64,000 nucleotides of DNA from a virus (Duplodnaviria > Caudoviricetes), in the IMG/VR virus record IMGVR_UViG_3300028591_000085, positions 64,001 to 128,000 of that record; one strand, given 5' to 3'. Under the pieces are notes generated by a model. That model was not told the DNA's origin and searched no databases. It saw only the letters and a list, made by a program, of their open reading frames with translations. Positions 1 through 10,218 of this stretch are shown here, piece by piece. Position 1 is the first letter of the stretch, and every line of letters begins with the position of its first letter. The translations under genes were made by a program, and so were the position numbers.

Positions 1-2
1 TT

Positions 3-128
3 ATAATGTCTGATTTTAAAAGTAAAAGCAAAAAAGAGAAAAGAAAAATCCTGATTGAACGTAATCTGTATTATAACGGTATGGATAATAGTGAGATGGA
101 TGAAGTATTTGAGTTGTTTTTACGATAA
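3..128 (+). CDS. 3' end of a CDS truncated by the window edge
   Basis: Open frame IMSDFKSK...ELFLR* ending at TAA 126-128, followed by a palindromic terminator. Confidence 0.6.
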   Translation: MMSDFKSKSKKEKRKILIERNLYYNGMDNSEMDEVFELFLR

Positions 129-130
129 AT

Positions 131-166
131 AAAATGTGTAACGATTTATAAATCGTTACACATTTT
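131..166. terminator. Perfect palindrome / bidirectional intrinsic terminator
   Basis: AAAATGTGTAACGATTTA|TAAATCGTTACACATTTT, flanked by A and T tracts. Confidence 0.7.
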
Positions 167-199
167 TTTAATAAAAAATGAAAGGATAGTTACTTTAAA

Positions 200-961
200 A
201 TGAATTCGAAGATATGGGAAAAAGATCTATATATAAATGATAATATATTTTATTTATTCAATAAAGAGATTATTGAATACGATATGAGAGAAGCAGGTTT
301 TTCTCTCATAAAAGAATATCATTTATTAGATGATAAAACTATAGAAGAATTAAAAAAGATGGGTAAAGACCAACGAAAAATAAAAATAGGAAAAATACAA
401 ATAAAGAATGATAACCTAAAGTCAGGATTAAAAGAAGCATTTAAGAATGCTAGAAGAAGATTCTTTGAAATCAATGACTTATCAGATGATGATATCATTT
501 CTATAAAGAAAGATGCTATATTCGCTACTAAATATTGTAAGACTACAAAGTTTGGCGATTATATAGAATTTAGACCTAAACATGAATATAGTTCATATAT
601 CAGATTAAATAAAAAAGTTGAATTTTATTATAATCCCACCGAGCTTTCGGTAAAAGGTATAGGAAATGATAAAGTTCAGCTTCATTCTGATTATTTAATA
701 AAATTCATTAATTTATATTTTAAAAAGATGGAAACAAGTGATAATAAAGATGTAATTATATTTTTACGTCATTTTATAGATAAGTATAAAAATAGGGAAT
801 TAGACGTTGGTTATTATAGAAATTTTAATCACGAATCTAATTTTACCGTTTTTAATGATGATAATATTTATATGGAATATTGGGATGAGGATAAAATGTC
901 ATTAGATATTTCATATAATTATTTTAATATATTATTAAAATTAATCAAAATACCATTATGA
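200..961 (+). CDS. Hypothetical protein, possibly a degenerate family-B polymerase palm fragment
   Basis: 253 aa with RBS; IIEYDMREAGFS and IKKDAIF loosely resemble PolB motifs A and C. Confidence 0.35.
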   Translation: MNSKIWEKDLYINDNIFYLFNKEIIEYDMREAGFSLIKEYHLLDDKTIEELKKMGKDQRKIKIGKIQIKNDNLKSGLKEAFKNARRRFFEINDLSDDDIISIKKDAIFATKYCKTTKFGDYIEFRPKHEYSSYIRLNKKVEFYYNPTELSVKGIGNDKVQLHSDYLIKFINLYFKKMETSDNKDVIIFLRHFIDKYKNRELDVGYYRNFNHESNFTVFNDDNIYMEYWDEDKMSLDISYNYFNILLKLIKIPL

Positions 962-970
962 AAGGAATTA

Positions 971-1858
971 ATGATTATGAAGCAGTTTAATTTAGTTGAT
1001 GAAAATGGAAATGAGATTAAAGCTGAAGTAATTCCCGAACCCACGGAGGTTACTATCAATCATAGTATATTAAAAAATAAAAACGAAGGTGAAATAGAAA
1101 TAAGTAATACAAACCACTCAATTAGTATTTCTGGAAAACATTATGAAAATGGGGTTGCGGCTGTTGACCCTTACATTCCTGAACCAGATGATGGAGACGC
1201 TGGGGAAGACCTTTCTGACTACTTATTTCCAGCAACTTTAGGTCAACCTGATTGTTACATATATTTTGATATGGAGTTTACTGGGTTAAATCGTAATGCT
1301 GATCCTATTTCTATAGGATTAGTTGATAATATTGGTAGATCATTCTATGCAGTATTTAACGATTATGATGATAATAAGATTACTGATTGGTTGAAAGAAA
1401 ATGTAATTCCTTATCTGGATACTCCCACTGAAAATGTTACAGATGGAAATGATTGGAGAATTACTGGAAACAGGTCTGAAATAAGTGCAGCACTTAATGA
1501 GTGGGTTAAGATTCTCGCCGAGGGAAAAGTTACAGTTCAGTTTGTTGCAGATGTAGGTCATTATGATTTCGTATTATTAATTGACTTACTTCTTAACGAC
1601 CCCAATAAAACAGCACTTGATTTACCTGAATATATTTCACCGTGTTTATATGATATAAACCAGAATATGTCATCATATGTATTTGTCAATCCGAAGGAAC
1701 CAATTGGATTGGTTCCTATAAGAGCTGCATTTGATATTGATAGAGATAAGGCTGTTAAAGATATGGGTGCTACCATGCCCGAAGGTACTCAGCATAATGC
1801 TCTGTTTGATGCTAAGGTAGCTAAAGCAATACACAATCAGTTATGGAATATTAAATAA
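971..1858 (+). CDS. DEDDh 3'-5' exonuclease (RNase T / Rv2179c-like)
   Basis: ExoI YFDMEFTGL, ExoII HYDF, ExoIII HNALFDA. Confidence 0.85.
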   Translation: MIMKQFNLVDENGNEIKAEVIPEPTEVTINHSILKNKNEGEIEISNTNHSISISGKHYENGVAAVDPYIPEPDDGDAGEDLSDYLFPATLGQPDCYIYFDMEFTGLNRNADPISIGLVDNIGRSFYAVFNDYDDNKITDWLKENVIPYLDTPTENVTDGNDWRITGNRSEISAALNEWVKILAEGKVTVQFVADVGHYDFVLLIDLLLNDPNKTALDLPEYISPCLYDINQNMSSYVFVNPKEPIGLVPIRAAFDIDRDKAVKDMGATMPEGTQHNALFDAKVAKAIHNQLWNIK

Positions 1859-1865
1859 ACGACAA

Positions 1866-1910
1866 ATAATCAGACATGGAAACATTTATAGTGTCCATGT
1901 CTGATTATTT
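1866..1910. terminator. Bidirectional intrinsic terminator
   Basis: AATAATCAGACATGGA...TCCATGTCTGATTATT between convergent genes. Confidence 0.8.
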
Positions 1911-1913
1911 ATT

Positions 1914-2426
1914 TCACCCCGTGCTAGCAACTGGCATCTCATTCCTTTTCGCTTCATTTAACCTTAATGCTTGACCTATTAGCTCAATTGTAGTTTGTTG
2001 TGAAATATATTTCATTAGGTATTCATCTTTAAGAAGAATATTCGGATTACCAAATACATTATCTGGATTTAAACCTTCGTATACTGTGGTGGATATATTT
2101 TTTATATCTTCCGTAGCATTTGTAAATTCGTATTTCTGATTTAAGACTATATTAGTTTTCATGGTATTATTACACTCAATCTCTATTAATTTACTTATAA
2201 ATATCAACATATTATTCGTTACTTCAATTTGTTTATCAGTAGTTAATAAATTTTTAGGTTGTAATAATTGATTATATTCAACGAGCGTCTTTTGCTTTAA
2301 TCTTATTCTCATTTGATTAAGTAAAGTCATTATGACTACAAACCCAAACATAATTGTGACTACTCCCAGAGTAGATAATATTAATATCATGATATCTATA
2401 AATTTACTATCGTGTAAAAAATTCAT
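1914..2426 (-). CDS. Hypothetical protein with N-terminal transmembrane helix
   Basis: 170 aa, AAGGAGG RBS, hydrophobic residues ~10-36. Confidence 0.75.
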   Translation of the reverse strand: MNFLHDSKFIDIMILILSTLGVVTIMFGFVVIMTLLNQMRIRLKQKTLVEYNQLLQPKNLLTTDKQIEVTNNMLIFISKLIEIECNNTMKTNIVLNQKYEFTNATEDIKNISTTVYEGLNPDNVFGNPNILLKDEYLMKYISQQTTIELIGQALRLNEAKRNEMPVASTG

Positions 2427-2463
2427 ATGATAACCTCCTTAAAATTCATTGGTTATATATATG

Positions 2464-2494
2464 TGTAAATGATGAAAAATGAATTATACATCAT
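2464..2494 (+). promoter_or_regulatory. Putative early promoter (TGTA-N18-ATACATCAT)
   Basis: Variant of the bipartite motif found before other accessory genes. Confidence 0.5.
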
Positions 2495-2500
2495 TATATT

Positions 2501-2577
2501 GTAATTATTATGAAGTCTACTTATGCATTCCTAATAGAGGAAAGTAAGACATAAGGTGTCGACTTTATAGAATTATA
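2501..2577 (+). ncRNA. Structured 5'-leader, motif 1 copy A
   Basis: GAAGTC-TACTTATG-CA-TTCCT(AATAG)AGGAA-AGTAAGA-CATAAGGTG-TC-GACTTT; covaries with copies at 21704 and 27769. Confidence 0.7.
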
Positions 2578-2603
2578 AATTTTCAAAGAAAGGATCTGAT
2601 TAT

Positions 2604-3464
2604 ATGTATCAGATTATCGAAAAAAATAACACTGCTACCACAATGTCCTCATCCTCGTTGTCGTCGACTGCAATTGTTAAAATTGCAGATAAGATTGGCT
2701 CTGCTAGAACAGCAGAAGCCGCTGAATATAAAGACCGGAGGGTATCTATATACGCCCCATCAATTGGGCGCATAAAAGATGCGCTGACATCAAAAGACAA
2801 ATTTGTCGTGCTCTACGATATGGACGAAGATTTGTATCGGAGACACACTAATGAGGAGGTGATTCGAGCGGTTCACCTCTATTTCCTATCTGTAGATTCA
2901 TCTACTGAGAGGAGGCATCGTGATGCGATGCGACAAGTGGAAATTGCCGTAAGAAATGATTTATCTTACGGCAACGAAAATTATGCCAGGTATTACGAGA
3001 AGTATAAAGAATACTTCAATAAATGCTTGGACAGAGGTATAGAAGCTTTACATATAATCGAGTTTCTTGCGATAGAAAAACAATATCGCAAGAAATTAGT
3101 CCTATACCGAAAAATTAAAATGAGAGTAAAAGTCATATCAATATTGTTATTAACAGTATTGATAGGACTGTTAGTTTTCGGTATAGGACGAGCGATAACT
3201 CGTCCGACTGAAGAACAACGATTACTCTCAGACGGGATGACTGCAGAAATCATTCAGATAAATCCTCGGGATTTAGACCGGGTGTCATTCCCGGGAGTAT
3301 TAGATTACATACGTGTAAAATACCCGTATACCATGAAATATTATTCAGAAAAGGAGGTGATCTCCAATATCGGAGATTTATCCGGAAAGATCAACATTTG
3401 TGCTGAGGTAGAAGAAGGCTCTGTCCAGTACATACCTGTGCGGGTAGTACACCCGATTAAGTAA
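2604..3464 (+). CDS. Membrane-anchored accessory protein, possible degenerate LysM-like C-terminus
   Basis: 286 aa; TM segment VISILLLTVLIGLLVFGIG; C-terminus ...VEEGSVQYIPV. Confidence 0.6.
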   Translation: MYQIIEKNNTATTMSSSSLSSTAIVKIADKIGSARTAEAAEYKDRRVSIYAPSIGRIKDALTSKDKFVVLYDMDEDLYRRHTNEEVIRAVHLYFLSVDSSTERRHRDAMRQVEIAVRNDLSYGNENYARYYEKYKEYFNKCLDRGIEALHIIEFLAIEKQYRKKLVLYRKIKMRVKVISILLLTVLIGLLVFGIGRAITRPTEEQRLLSDGMTAEIIQINPRDLDRVSFPGVLDYIRVKYPYTMKYYSEKEVISNIGDLSGKINICAEVEEGSVQYIPVRVVHPIK

Positions 3465-3470
3465 AAAATC

Positions 3471-3508
3471 AAGCTGTGGCGTTATTTCTAACGCCACAGC
3501 TTTTTTTT
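3471..3508. terminator. Bidirectional intrinsic terminator
   Basis: AAGCTGTGGCGTT-ATTTCT-AACGCCACAGCTT followed by a T tract. Confidence 0.85.
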
Positions 3509-4133
3509 ACATTAATTTTTTATTTAATTCAAGTACACCAAAATCATTTGAATCATATAGTAATGATCTATCAATATACCTATTTAATTGCTCTCTATAT
3601 TCATCACTAATAGCATCTGCATATTTATCAATAAATTCTTCTAAGTTACCATAAGCTTGTCTATAATTTATAAATATATTACCAGCATGTATTTGTTCAT
3701 GAATTGAAGAACTGACCATTACAATCTGTATTCTATTTTTTTGGTGTTCGTCTAAAACCATATCTGCGATTCTTGCTGTACTTATTTTCCATTTTTTTAA
3801 TATAAAATATTCTAATATTATTGCACAATAATCAAACAAATTAAATATTGGTCCATGATGCATTTCAATATCCGCATCTTCATCACTTATATTTTTAAGA
3901 ACTTGACAATGGTCTAGTTTGATTTCTTTTTTTAAATATCTTATATATTTATTATACCTATCATTTTGTCTTACTAATCTTTCACATCCTTTTATGAATC
4001 TAACATAGCTTTCATAATTAGCGAAATAATCAATATTTTTATAATAAGGAATATTATAAAATGAATTATGAGAATCAATTATTATATTATTGGGTGTTTT
4101 ACTATATATAATATCAGGTAAAGATTTAGGCAT
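3507..4133 (-). CDS. HNH-like (beta-beta-alpha metal) protein
   Basis: HCQVL...IEMHHGP...SSIHEQIH spacing. Confidence 0.5.
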   Translation of the reverse strand: MPKSLPDIIYSKTPNNIIIDSHNSFYNIPYYKNIDYFANYESYVRFIKGCERLVRQNDRYNKYIRYLKKEIKLDHCQVLKNISDEDADIEMHHGPIFNLFDYCAIILEYFILKKWKISTARIADMVLDEHQKNRIQIVMVSSSIHEQIHAGNIFINYRQAYGNLEEFIDKYADAISDEYREQLNRYIDRSLLYDSNDFGVLELNKKLM

Positions 4134-4251
4134 TAAAATTCTCCTCTCACTTATAAATTTTATTTATAAATTTGTAAGTCCACAAAAAAGTAAAATACCG
4201 TTGACAATTCTTTAATAAACCTTTTTATTACTCTAGGGAGATGAAAAAAAA

Positions 4252-7200
4252 ATGAGTTTAGATTATTTAAATCCAATGGCAAATTTATATAATGAATTTC
4301 TAAAGATATTAAATAATATAGTTATTAAATACACATCTAAAGCTATAGCATGTGAAACTGAAGAGGAACGAAGAGATGCTGAATCATATATGGATGCTAT
4401 AGAAAAGACTGATACATTTGATACATATGCTGAATTCACTGATGATGAATTAGTTGAAGTTGGTATATATGATTATAATATGAGAAAAAAATGTGTTGCG
4501 GATAAATCAAATATTCCGTTTGATAATTATAATGCTGAAACTGGTGAAGGAACTAGTTATAGACATGATTTAGTAGAACTTCGCCGTAAAGAAATAATTG
4601 AAAATTATGTAGAAAAAAATAAGTACTATAGAACATTGAATGGATTACCTGAGCTAAACACTAATCCTGAGTTTTTTGATTATGTCCCGGGTATGATAGC
4701 AGTTCAATGTGGTATACCTTTTGAAGATTTAATATTCGATACTCCGTTTTTGAGAGAATCCGATCTTGAGAGAATGACCTTTGAAGAATTAACAATACCT
4801 GAAGATATGGATGAATTTAATATGTTGCTTAGTAATTATGCTAAATATCGTACTGATTATACAGATTATGCATATAAATATATAATTGAAGATGGAAGGT
4901 TCGTACCTATTGAAAATCTTCATACACGATATGCTGGTAAAACTGTTAAGTTATTAACAAATCTTGGAGATATGGATTTGAACACAGTGACTAATTCAGT
5001 TTATCCTATTCATGAAATTCAAGACCATTATAATAATTTAGATCCTGATTTTCCTGATATGGGAGATCAGATAATGTCTAAATTAGAAGGTATTGGTTTT
5101 ATTGAAAAATTAAAAAAAAATCCTAAAATGTTTGGCATTACTATAAATCCTGACACGGGTGAAGAAATAGAAGACCCTAATAAAATACTTATATACGGAG
5201 GTGCTCTATCTGGTCCCGCTGTGGCTCTTACAGATAAAGCAAAACGGAGAATTTCTAAAAACTCTGGAGTTACTAATTTTTCAAATGTTATAAGAATATC
5301 TGATGATAATAATCCAATAACAGGATATGGGGATAATATCAATATATATTATTCAGTGTCGATTGCTACTACATTTGCTGGTATGAATTTAATTCCCGGT
5401 GACCATATTATGTCAACTGGAATTGGATGGGAAAAAATTTCTATTGAAGAAAAAAGACGTGATGGAGTTAATAGAGAATATCTTAATTTTTTAGGTTCTC
5501 GAAGAATAAGTATAACAAATGCTAGAAAAGCTAAAAATTTTTCAATTCTGCGCTTGGATAAAAATATTGTCAATACGAATATATATGAAGCGTTTATTTC
5601 GATATATGAAGAGTGCAGAGATTATATGACCGTCGTAGTATATCAATATAATTTTTCTGAGTTTATTGCGTATTACGATAATTTCATCGCAATGTGTATC
5701 ATGTTAATGGCTGAGATGCATTTGATAGTACAACAGATACCGTTTGAAATAAGAAGAAATTTCTTTGATCCTTATGCGATACGTATGCTTTATGAAGCAT
5801 ATGATATTCCTTACGATATATATGTCGATATTGAAACTCAGAATATAATTGCTAAAAATTTGAATCTTATAATTCTTCATAAAGCTACTGATAAAGTATT
5901 TTATGATATTTCGCATTTATTAGGATTCAAGAATATCCAAGTATATAAATATTATTTAGCGAAGCAACATCAGTTTGACCCGTGGGGTAATCCGGTATTT
6001 AGTACTAAACAAAAATTCAATAATGATACCGGTAAACTTGAAACGGTTGATGATTATGATTTAATGTATGATATCTATTTTCAAAAAGAAGAACTTAGAG
6101 AAAAAGATTTTATACGAACTTTTAATACATCAGTAAATAAGGTTGATTATCACAGCGTAACATCTGGTGACCCTTATTGGTGGGAAGATCAACATGTTGT
6201 TGATATGAAGAATAAATCTGAGTATAATTTTGTTGAAAGTAAGTATCTTGGACTTACAATGTCATATAAAATGACTGAAGTAATGTTTGAGAATATAGTT
6301 CTTCTCAAAGCATTATTATATTATAGGAAAGAACTTAGAGAGATAAGTGTGAATCTTTCAAGAATTATGTCAGGCGCGTCAGTATCTATCTTTGATGCGA
6401 TAATATTACTTCTTGCTATGATGAGTAGTGTACATCGTCTTAAAGGTGAGATTATTACAGTACCATCTGATATTGTAAATGTATTAGATTATCTCAATAA
6501 TATGGGAGCAAGTAATCATGTTGGAGAATATGATTCATTTGCTTTTGATTTTGATTTCTTTAAAAAAGATATCAATGGTGAAAGTAAATCTGATGCATTA
6601 GTAGAAAGAGTTAAACGCGCTCTTAGTAAAAGAGTGAAAGGTTATATAGTTGATGATACAACGTTTGAAGAAAAACAACAATATATTCTTGATTATTGCA
6701 TGAGGACTGGTGCAACTCCTCCTGTTGATATGAATAATCGCGAAATTATTGAAGAAGATTATTACGAGATATATCAACCTAATTATTACGTATATGACAA
6801 TCCCCCGTATTATACTTTATATTCGGGTGCTATCAAAACATATAAACGTAATACTTATGGTAATGCTAAAACGAAACAAGTTGTTCCTGATAACTTTAAA
6901 AACTTTGATCCTGAAACGATGGTCCACAAATCCGATGTACGTCAAGATATCTTTGATGTTAGATTATACGAATACGTTTCAGAAAACAAAGAGACAGTTG
7001 TTCAAAGGAATGTAGACGCGTTTAAGGTTGAGAATATGCTTAAACGTGGTGAGCTTAAAGAAATCCAAATAGATCATCATGATATTGATGTAGATACATT
7101 TGAAAAATATCTTTCCGTTCTTTCATTTAGTAGTGAGAAAACTCGTGCTGAAAAAATTGAAACATTCAATCTTATATATAGAAATATAAGAAATCTTTAT

Positions 7201-9063
7201 GAATTTATTAATGCTAAGATGGTAGATGAAAATGATCATGAAAGATATGAAGCATTAAAAGCATTTTATAAAGCTGCATTTTATGCAAAGGAAATGCGGA
7301 ATGTTTTCCAGATATCATATGTTGATAGGAATCTTCATACCACGAGATATAGAACAGCAAGAAATATATTCGAGTATCTATATTATCAAAATATTGCATT
7401 GTATTCAGCTATCTTTCATGTTGATTTAGATGAGGAATATAAAAAGTTCTTATCAAATAGGACGTTTCCAACGTATATACGTAGTTATATTCCGTCGGAT
7501 GATAATCCTGACAACTATCCGAATTCAATATTAGTTGTTGATGATAATGACTTAAGTTCTGATAATAATCCTTCAGTAACGCATAAGATTGCACATAGTA
7601 TTGTGGTTGAGCACATTCCATCAATTCGAGTAGGAGAACGTGTTGAAATATTTGCTATAGAAGAGAATGATACTGATGCTAGTATTAAAGAAAGATTCTT
7701 ATCGAAAGTTGATGAAGGTCTTATAGATATTCCTTATGATAATCTCAAAAACACAACTGACGGTGAGAATAAGAATACTAGTTATTTGTCATCATTGCTA
7801 TATTTCTATATCAACCACATAATTTTTGAACTTAAACGAATAATTGTAGATGTAAACTTTGATCATTTATTAAATAATAGTGCAGTTCTATTACAAGATT
7901 TGCTTATCAAATTTATTGAGTATGCAAAATCATTCACTGTAGATTTTGTAGGTTTAGATATTCTATTTGTATGTGATTTTAAACCTGAAAACTATTTAAG
8001 AATGATAGATGAAGTTTCATATATTGAAAAAACTATTGTTCCTAGAGAGACTATGAACTTTAGTTTCTACGACAGAATGTATACATTTGATAGTATGAAT
8101 ATGAATGAAATGTTACGGATGCATGATCGTATAGCCGAACCATGGTTTACCGATCCTGATAATATTACAACATTACCATCTAAACGTGGAATTGTTGGTT
8201 GGTATGATATATCATCACCAATTGAAGTCATTTCTGGAGTAAATAATATTAAAACAGTTCAAGCATCTCAGTTAGTTGATTCGCCAGCATCTACATTAAC
8301 GTTAGCTGCAAATGTACCAGGTTTAACTAACGATCATTTCTATAATTTACAATATGCAAACACTGATTATTTTAGCAATGGTAATAATTATAAAGGATTA
8401 ATACCTAGATTTTCAGGAGATTCTCATTTAGTAATACCTGATAGTTATGAATATACAATATACATGGTTTGCAGGTCAACTGGAATTGCTGACGTAATCG
8501 GTTTCCCAGTTGCTATTGAAAATGTGGCAAGATTCCATTCTGAGCATGGTGATATCATAGGTTCATCAGAATATAGGGAAGGTCCTAGTATACGCTTCTT
8601 GAATACACCATTGGTTGATATATACACCGGTGTAGGTTCGACCAATATGTGTATAAGAGAGTATGTTCCAACTAGTAGTAGAATTAAGAGAGGTAATTAT
8701 TTTATAGATATAATAACTCCTAAGGATGCGAGAGAATGGCATGTTATTGGAGTAGCTCAAACCAAAAATACTGTACGAGTATATATAGATGGTGAGAGAT
8801 GCTTAGACCATACATTTGCTGAAAATGGAGCTTTTGATGATGGAAGTACCGCAGATTTTAATGTTGCTATAATGCCTAATAAGAATTTTGGTCAAGGATT
8901 CCCTGATGTTAAGGATGGATTCTCATATTATTTATGTGATATGCAATTATTAATGGTTGCTATAGCAAATACAAATCATAATAATGCTGAATTAAAAGAA
9001 AATAGTAAATGGATAGCTAATAGATATGGTATTGATATTACACATAATATTCCAAGACCATAA
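4252..9063 (+). CDS. Large virion structural protein, probably baseplate wedge, with LamG-like C-terminus
   Basis: 1603 aa; C-terminal WHVIGV..VRVYIDG; two copies of the tail-sheath repeat module; GACA-N6-TA promoter variant upstream. Confidence 0.55.
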   Translation: MSLDYLNPMANLYNEFLKILNNIVIKYTSKAIACETEEERRDAESYMDAIEKTDTFDTYAEFTDDELVEVGIYDYNMRKKCVADKSNIPFDNYNAETGEGTSYRHDLVELRRKEIIENYVEKNKYYRTLNGLPELNTNPEFFDYVPGMIAVQCGIPFEDLIFDTPFLRESDLERMTFEELTIPEDMDEFNMLLSNYAKYRTDYTDYAYKYIIEDGRFVPIENLHTRYAGKTVKLLTNLGDMDLNTVTNSVYPIHEIQDHYNNLDPDFPDMGDQIMSKLEGIGFIEKLKKNPKMFGITINPDTGEEIEDPNKILIYGGALSGPAVALTDKAKRRISKNSGVTNFSNVIRISDDNNPITGYGDNINIYYSVSIATTFAGMNLIPGDHIMSTGIGWEKISIEEKRRDGVNREYLNFLGSRRISITNARKAKNFSILRLDKNIVNTNIYEAFISIYEECRDYMTVVVYQYNFSEFIAYYDNFIAMCIMLMAEMHLIVQQIPFEIRRNFFDPYAIRMLYEAYDIPYDIYVDIETQNIIAKNLNLIILHKATDKVFYDISHLLGFKNIQVYKYYLAKQHQFDPWGNPVFSTKQKFNNDTGKLETVDDYDLMYDIYFQKEELREKDFIRTFNTSVNKVDYHSVTSGDPYWWEDQHVVDMKNKSEYNFVESKYLGLTMSYKMTEVMFENIVLLKALLYYRKELREISVNLSRIMSGASVSIFDAIILLLAMMSSVHRLKGEIITVPSDIVNVLDYLNNMGASNHVGEYDSFAFDFDFFKKDINGESKSDALVERVKRALSKRVKGYIVDDTTFEEKQQYILDYCMRTGATPPVDMNNREIIEEDYYEIYQPNYYVYDNPPYYTLYSGAIKTYKRNTYGNAKTKQVVPDNFKNFDPETMVHKSDVRQDIFDVRLYEYVSENKETVVQRNVDAFKVENMLKRGELKEIQIDHHDIDVDTFEKYLSVLSFSSEKTRAEKIETFNLIYRNIRNLYEFINAKMVDENDHERYEALKAFYKAAFYAKEMRNVFQISYVDRNLHTTRYRTARNIFEYLYYQNIALYSAIFHVDLDEEYKKFLSNRTFPTYIRSYIPSDDNPDNYPNSILVVDDNDLSSDNNPSVTHKIAHSIVVEHIPSIRVGERVEIFAIEENDTDASIKERFLSKVDEGLIDIPYDNLKNTTDGENKNTSYLSSLLYFYINHIIFELKRIIVDVNFDHLLNNSAVLLQDLLIKFIEYAKSFTVDFVGLDILFVCDFKPENYLRMIDEVSYIEKTIVPRETMNFSFYDRMYTFDSMNMNEMLRMHDRIAEPWFTDPDNITTLPSKRGIVGWYDISSPIEVISGVNNIKTVQASQLVDSPASTLTLAANVPGLTNDHFYNLQYANTDYFSNGNNYKGLIPRFSGDSHLVIPDSYEYTIYMVCRSTGIADVIGFPVAIENVARFHSEHGDIIGSSEYREGPSIRFLNTPLVDIYTGVGSTNMCIREYVPTSSRIKRGNYFIDIITPKDAREWHVIGVAQTKNTVRVYIDGERCLDHTFAENGAFDDGSTADFNVAIMPNKNFGQGFPDVKDGFSYYLCDMQLLMVAIANTNHNNAELKENSKWIANRYGIDITHNIPRP

Positions 9064-9107
9064 AAACAATATAAGTAATTTCCAAATTAGAATGGAGGAT
9101 AAAGTTA

Positions 9108-10199
9108 ATGGATAAGATTATATCTGATAAGCTTAATATTAGTGATAAGCCCAGGAGAATTCCTATGCCGGATTTTCCTGATGAAATGAAACGAGACCCT
9201 ACATTATGGAGAAAAACAGAAGTTCTCGTTAGTAATGGTGAGGTAATAAACAATCCCAAAGGGAAATCAACATTTGCTCCCGGCGCACCATTTACAGTTT
9301 CTACTAATATGGTTCCCTGGGGCGGAGTTCAGTATGTAATGGAACAGTTATTTGGTATCAAAGGTGATATAGCGATACCAACATTACATGATGTGACAGA
9401 TGAGACTAACGATGGTTTATCTCATTTTGGAACATATGATAATCCAGTTGGACCCCCTAATTCTCAAATACTTACTCTTAATGATACTGAATGTACTTAT
9501 ATCACGCCCGATAGTTATATATCAGGTAAACCCAAAAAACTTATTCCATATAGGAATGGGCATGTTGTTCAGCTTTTTGGAATAGGCGTTACAGGTACAG
9601 CAGAAAATGATATAACAGTATATCCTGTTAACTATAGGGAGTTTTCAATTGATAGTACTATAGCATCTGAAGATGAAACTATGCAGCCCATACAAGGCAC
9701 TATGGTTCCATTTAGATATAGTAATACTCAATTAGCACTTACTGGCGAAAGACCTAAGTATTTTGGTAAAGTAATTGATGGAAATGGTATTATTTCATAC
9801 TATCTTAAGACATTTGAGAATCCACCTGTTATAAAGCATATGTGGAAATTGTCTGAAGATGATGAATTTGAAGAGACTAATAATGATAACTTAGTGTCTG
9901 AAGAAGACTTTCTCATCAATACAAAGAGCTTAAATAATGTAGAAACCTTTACAGAAATTATTCTTAAGATAAGTAAGAAAGACGCTAAGGAATGGTTTGC
10001 TGCAATAGGTCAAGAGGATAGAGCTCGTGTAAATACAATAGCACTATTCTCAGGAAGATATATAACTAATTATGAGGGCTCTATAGATAATGATGGAGAT
10101 TTTGAAGACGTTATGTTGTTCTCAAAACTTAATATTCCTGTAGAATATTTGACGCTTTCAAAAGACTTAAATATAATTTACAGAGTTTATGGAGCATAA
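9108..10199 (+). CDS. Probable virion (baseplate) protein
   Basis: 363 aa, GGAGG RBS, directly after the large structural gene. Confidence 0.45.
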   Translation: MDKIISDKLNISDKPRRIPMPDFPDEMKRDPTLWRKTEVLVSNGEVINNPKGKSTFAPGAPFTVSTNMVPWGGVQYVMEQLFGIKGDIAIPTLHDVTDETNDGLSHFGTYDNPVGPPNSQILTLNDTECTYITPDSYISGKPKKLIPYRNGHVVQLFGIGVTGTAENDITVYPVNYREFSIDSTIASEDETMQPIQGTMVPFRYSNTQLALTGERPKYFGKVIDGNGIISYYLKTFENPPVIKHMWKLSEDDEFEETNNDNLVSEEDFLINTKSLNNVETFTEIILKISKKDAKEWFAAIGQEDRARVNTIALFSGRYITNYEGSIDNDGDFEDVMLFSKLNIPVEYLTLSKDLNIIYRVYGA

Positions 10200-10218
10200 A
10201 CTGAAAGGAGAGTAATAA

